A stretch of DNA of 64,000 nt from the NCBI GenBank assembly GCA_046543065.1, contig JBKHAE010000002.1, forward strand, positions 7,144-71,143, given 5' to 3'. A model generated the notes under the pieces. That model saw only the letters and a program-made list of their open reading frames with translations. It searched no databases and was not told the DNA's origin. Positions 63,555 to 64,000 of this stretch are shown piece by piece. Position 1 is the first letter of the stretch, and every line of letters begins with the position of its first letter. Origin of the DNA: Desulfobacterales bacterium. Its GTDB lineage: Bacteria > Desulfobacterota > Desulfobacteria > Desulfobacterales > Desulfosalsimonadaceae. A program made the translations under genes and the position numbers.

Positions 63555-64000
63555 ATGGCAGCCACCATTATCCTCTTAATTCTGCTGGCCATTATCATTG
63601 CCGTCATTGTTTACGGCGTCATTATCTTTAACGGCTTGATCCAATTAAAGCACAATATCACCAAAAACTGGAGCAACATTGATGTGCTGCTCAAACAGCG
63701 CTACGATGAAATCCCCAAACTGGTCAGCGTCTGCGAAGGCTACATGAAACACGAGCGTGCCACCCTGGAAAACGTCACTAAAGCCAGGGCACAGCTCGAC
63801 AATGCCGGATCCCAAAAGGAGGTTCACGATGCCAACAACGCCATTACCAGTGCCTTGCGATCCCTTTTCGCGGTGGTGGAAAATTACCCGGACCTGAAGG
63901 CGGACCGCGGCTTCAGGCAGCTTCAGTCCCGGATCTCAGAGCTTGAAAACCAGATCGCCGACCGCCGCGAATTCTATAATGAAAGCGTCAACATGTTCAA
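63555..64000 (+). CDS. lemA: LemA family protein (partial, runs off the window end)
   Basis: ATG at 63555 after GAAAGGA. The N-terminal TM is followed by FNGLIQLKHNITKNWSNIDVLLKQRYDEIPKLV...VENYPDLKAD...LENQIADRREFYNESVNMF. No stop codon before 64000. Confidence 0.85.
   Translation, partial: MAATIILLILLAIIIAVIVYGVIIFNGLIQLKHNITKNWSNIDVLLKQRYDEIPKLVSVCEGYMKHERATLENVTKARAQLDNAGSQKEVHDANNAITSALRSLFAVVENYPDLKADRGFRQLQSRISELENQIADRREFYNESVNMF

Overview
The window looks like a chromosomal segment from a strictly anaerobic, sulfate-reducer-type deltaproteobacterium (Desulfobacterales-like). That assignment is inferred from gene content only. I support about 60 protein-coding genes and saw no rRNA, tRNA, CRISPR array, transposase or integrase.

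Gene blocks:
1. 1-13.4 kb: the tail of an AbfD/HpaB-family gene, then a glycyl radical enzyme (GRE) with an N-terminal SCP2-like extension and its radical-SAM activase. These are divergent from an operon encoding an SCPx-type thiolase, a TetR regulator, a nitroreductase, a ferredoxin-fused FATP-like acyl-CoA ligase, a two-subunit acyl-CoA dehydrogenase and an alpha/beta hydrolase.
2. 13.5-21.7 kb: an AMP-ligase, E1alpha, E1beta, E2 and a carrier protein, all translationally coupled. They are divergent from lipB, lipA and a second paralogous carrier protein. No E3 is present.
3. 21.7-25.1 kb: a Pat-like acyl-CoA synthetase/GNAT fusion and a NifX-like protein with an RGG-type tail.
4. 25.1-30.3 kb: an AT-rich-leadered island of CBS-pair and tandem-USP genes with two sigma-54-like promoters.
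5. 30.5-44.9 kb: mixed housekeeping and signalling genes, including a ketopantoate-reductase-like gene, a GAF protein, a phosphoesterase, a hybrid histidine kinase, an orphan clpX, a sirtuin and a DksA/TraR-like gene.
6. 45.1-46.6 kb: an isolated octaheme cytochrome c flanked by repeats.
7. 47.4-60.0 kb: a 10-gene minus-strand acyl-CoA operon. It runs from a tandem TetR through an ACAD, a crotonase, a carboxyltransferase, an HMG-CoA-lyase-like gene, acetoacetyl-CoA synthetase, a hypothetical gene, an Fe-S protein and a FAD oxidase to a second crotonase.
8. 60.4-64.0 kb: a YdjM-like hydrolase and a GIDE-like/EF-hand membrane protein paired with LemA.

Intergenic spacers carry at least seven distinct families of short tandem or long palindromic repeats, and several recur within the window.

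The most promising candidate for an undescribed system is the SCP2-fused GRE together with its bulky-acyl beta-oxidation neighbourhood. The second is the E3-less 2-oxoacid dehydrogenase module bracketed by two carrier proteins. All domain calls come from reading motifs by eye; no searches were run.
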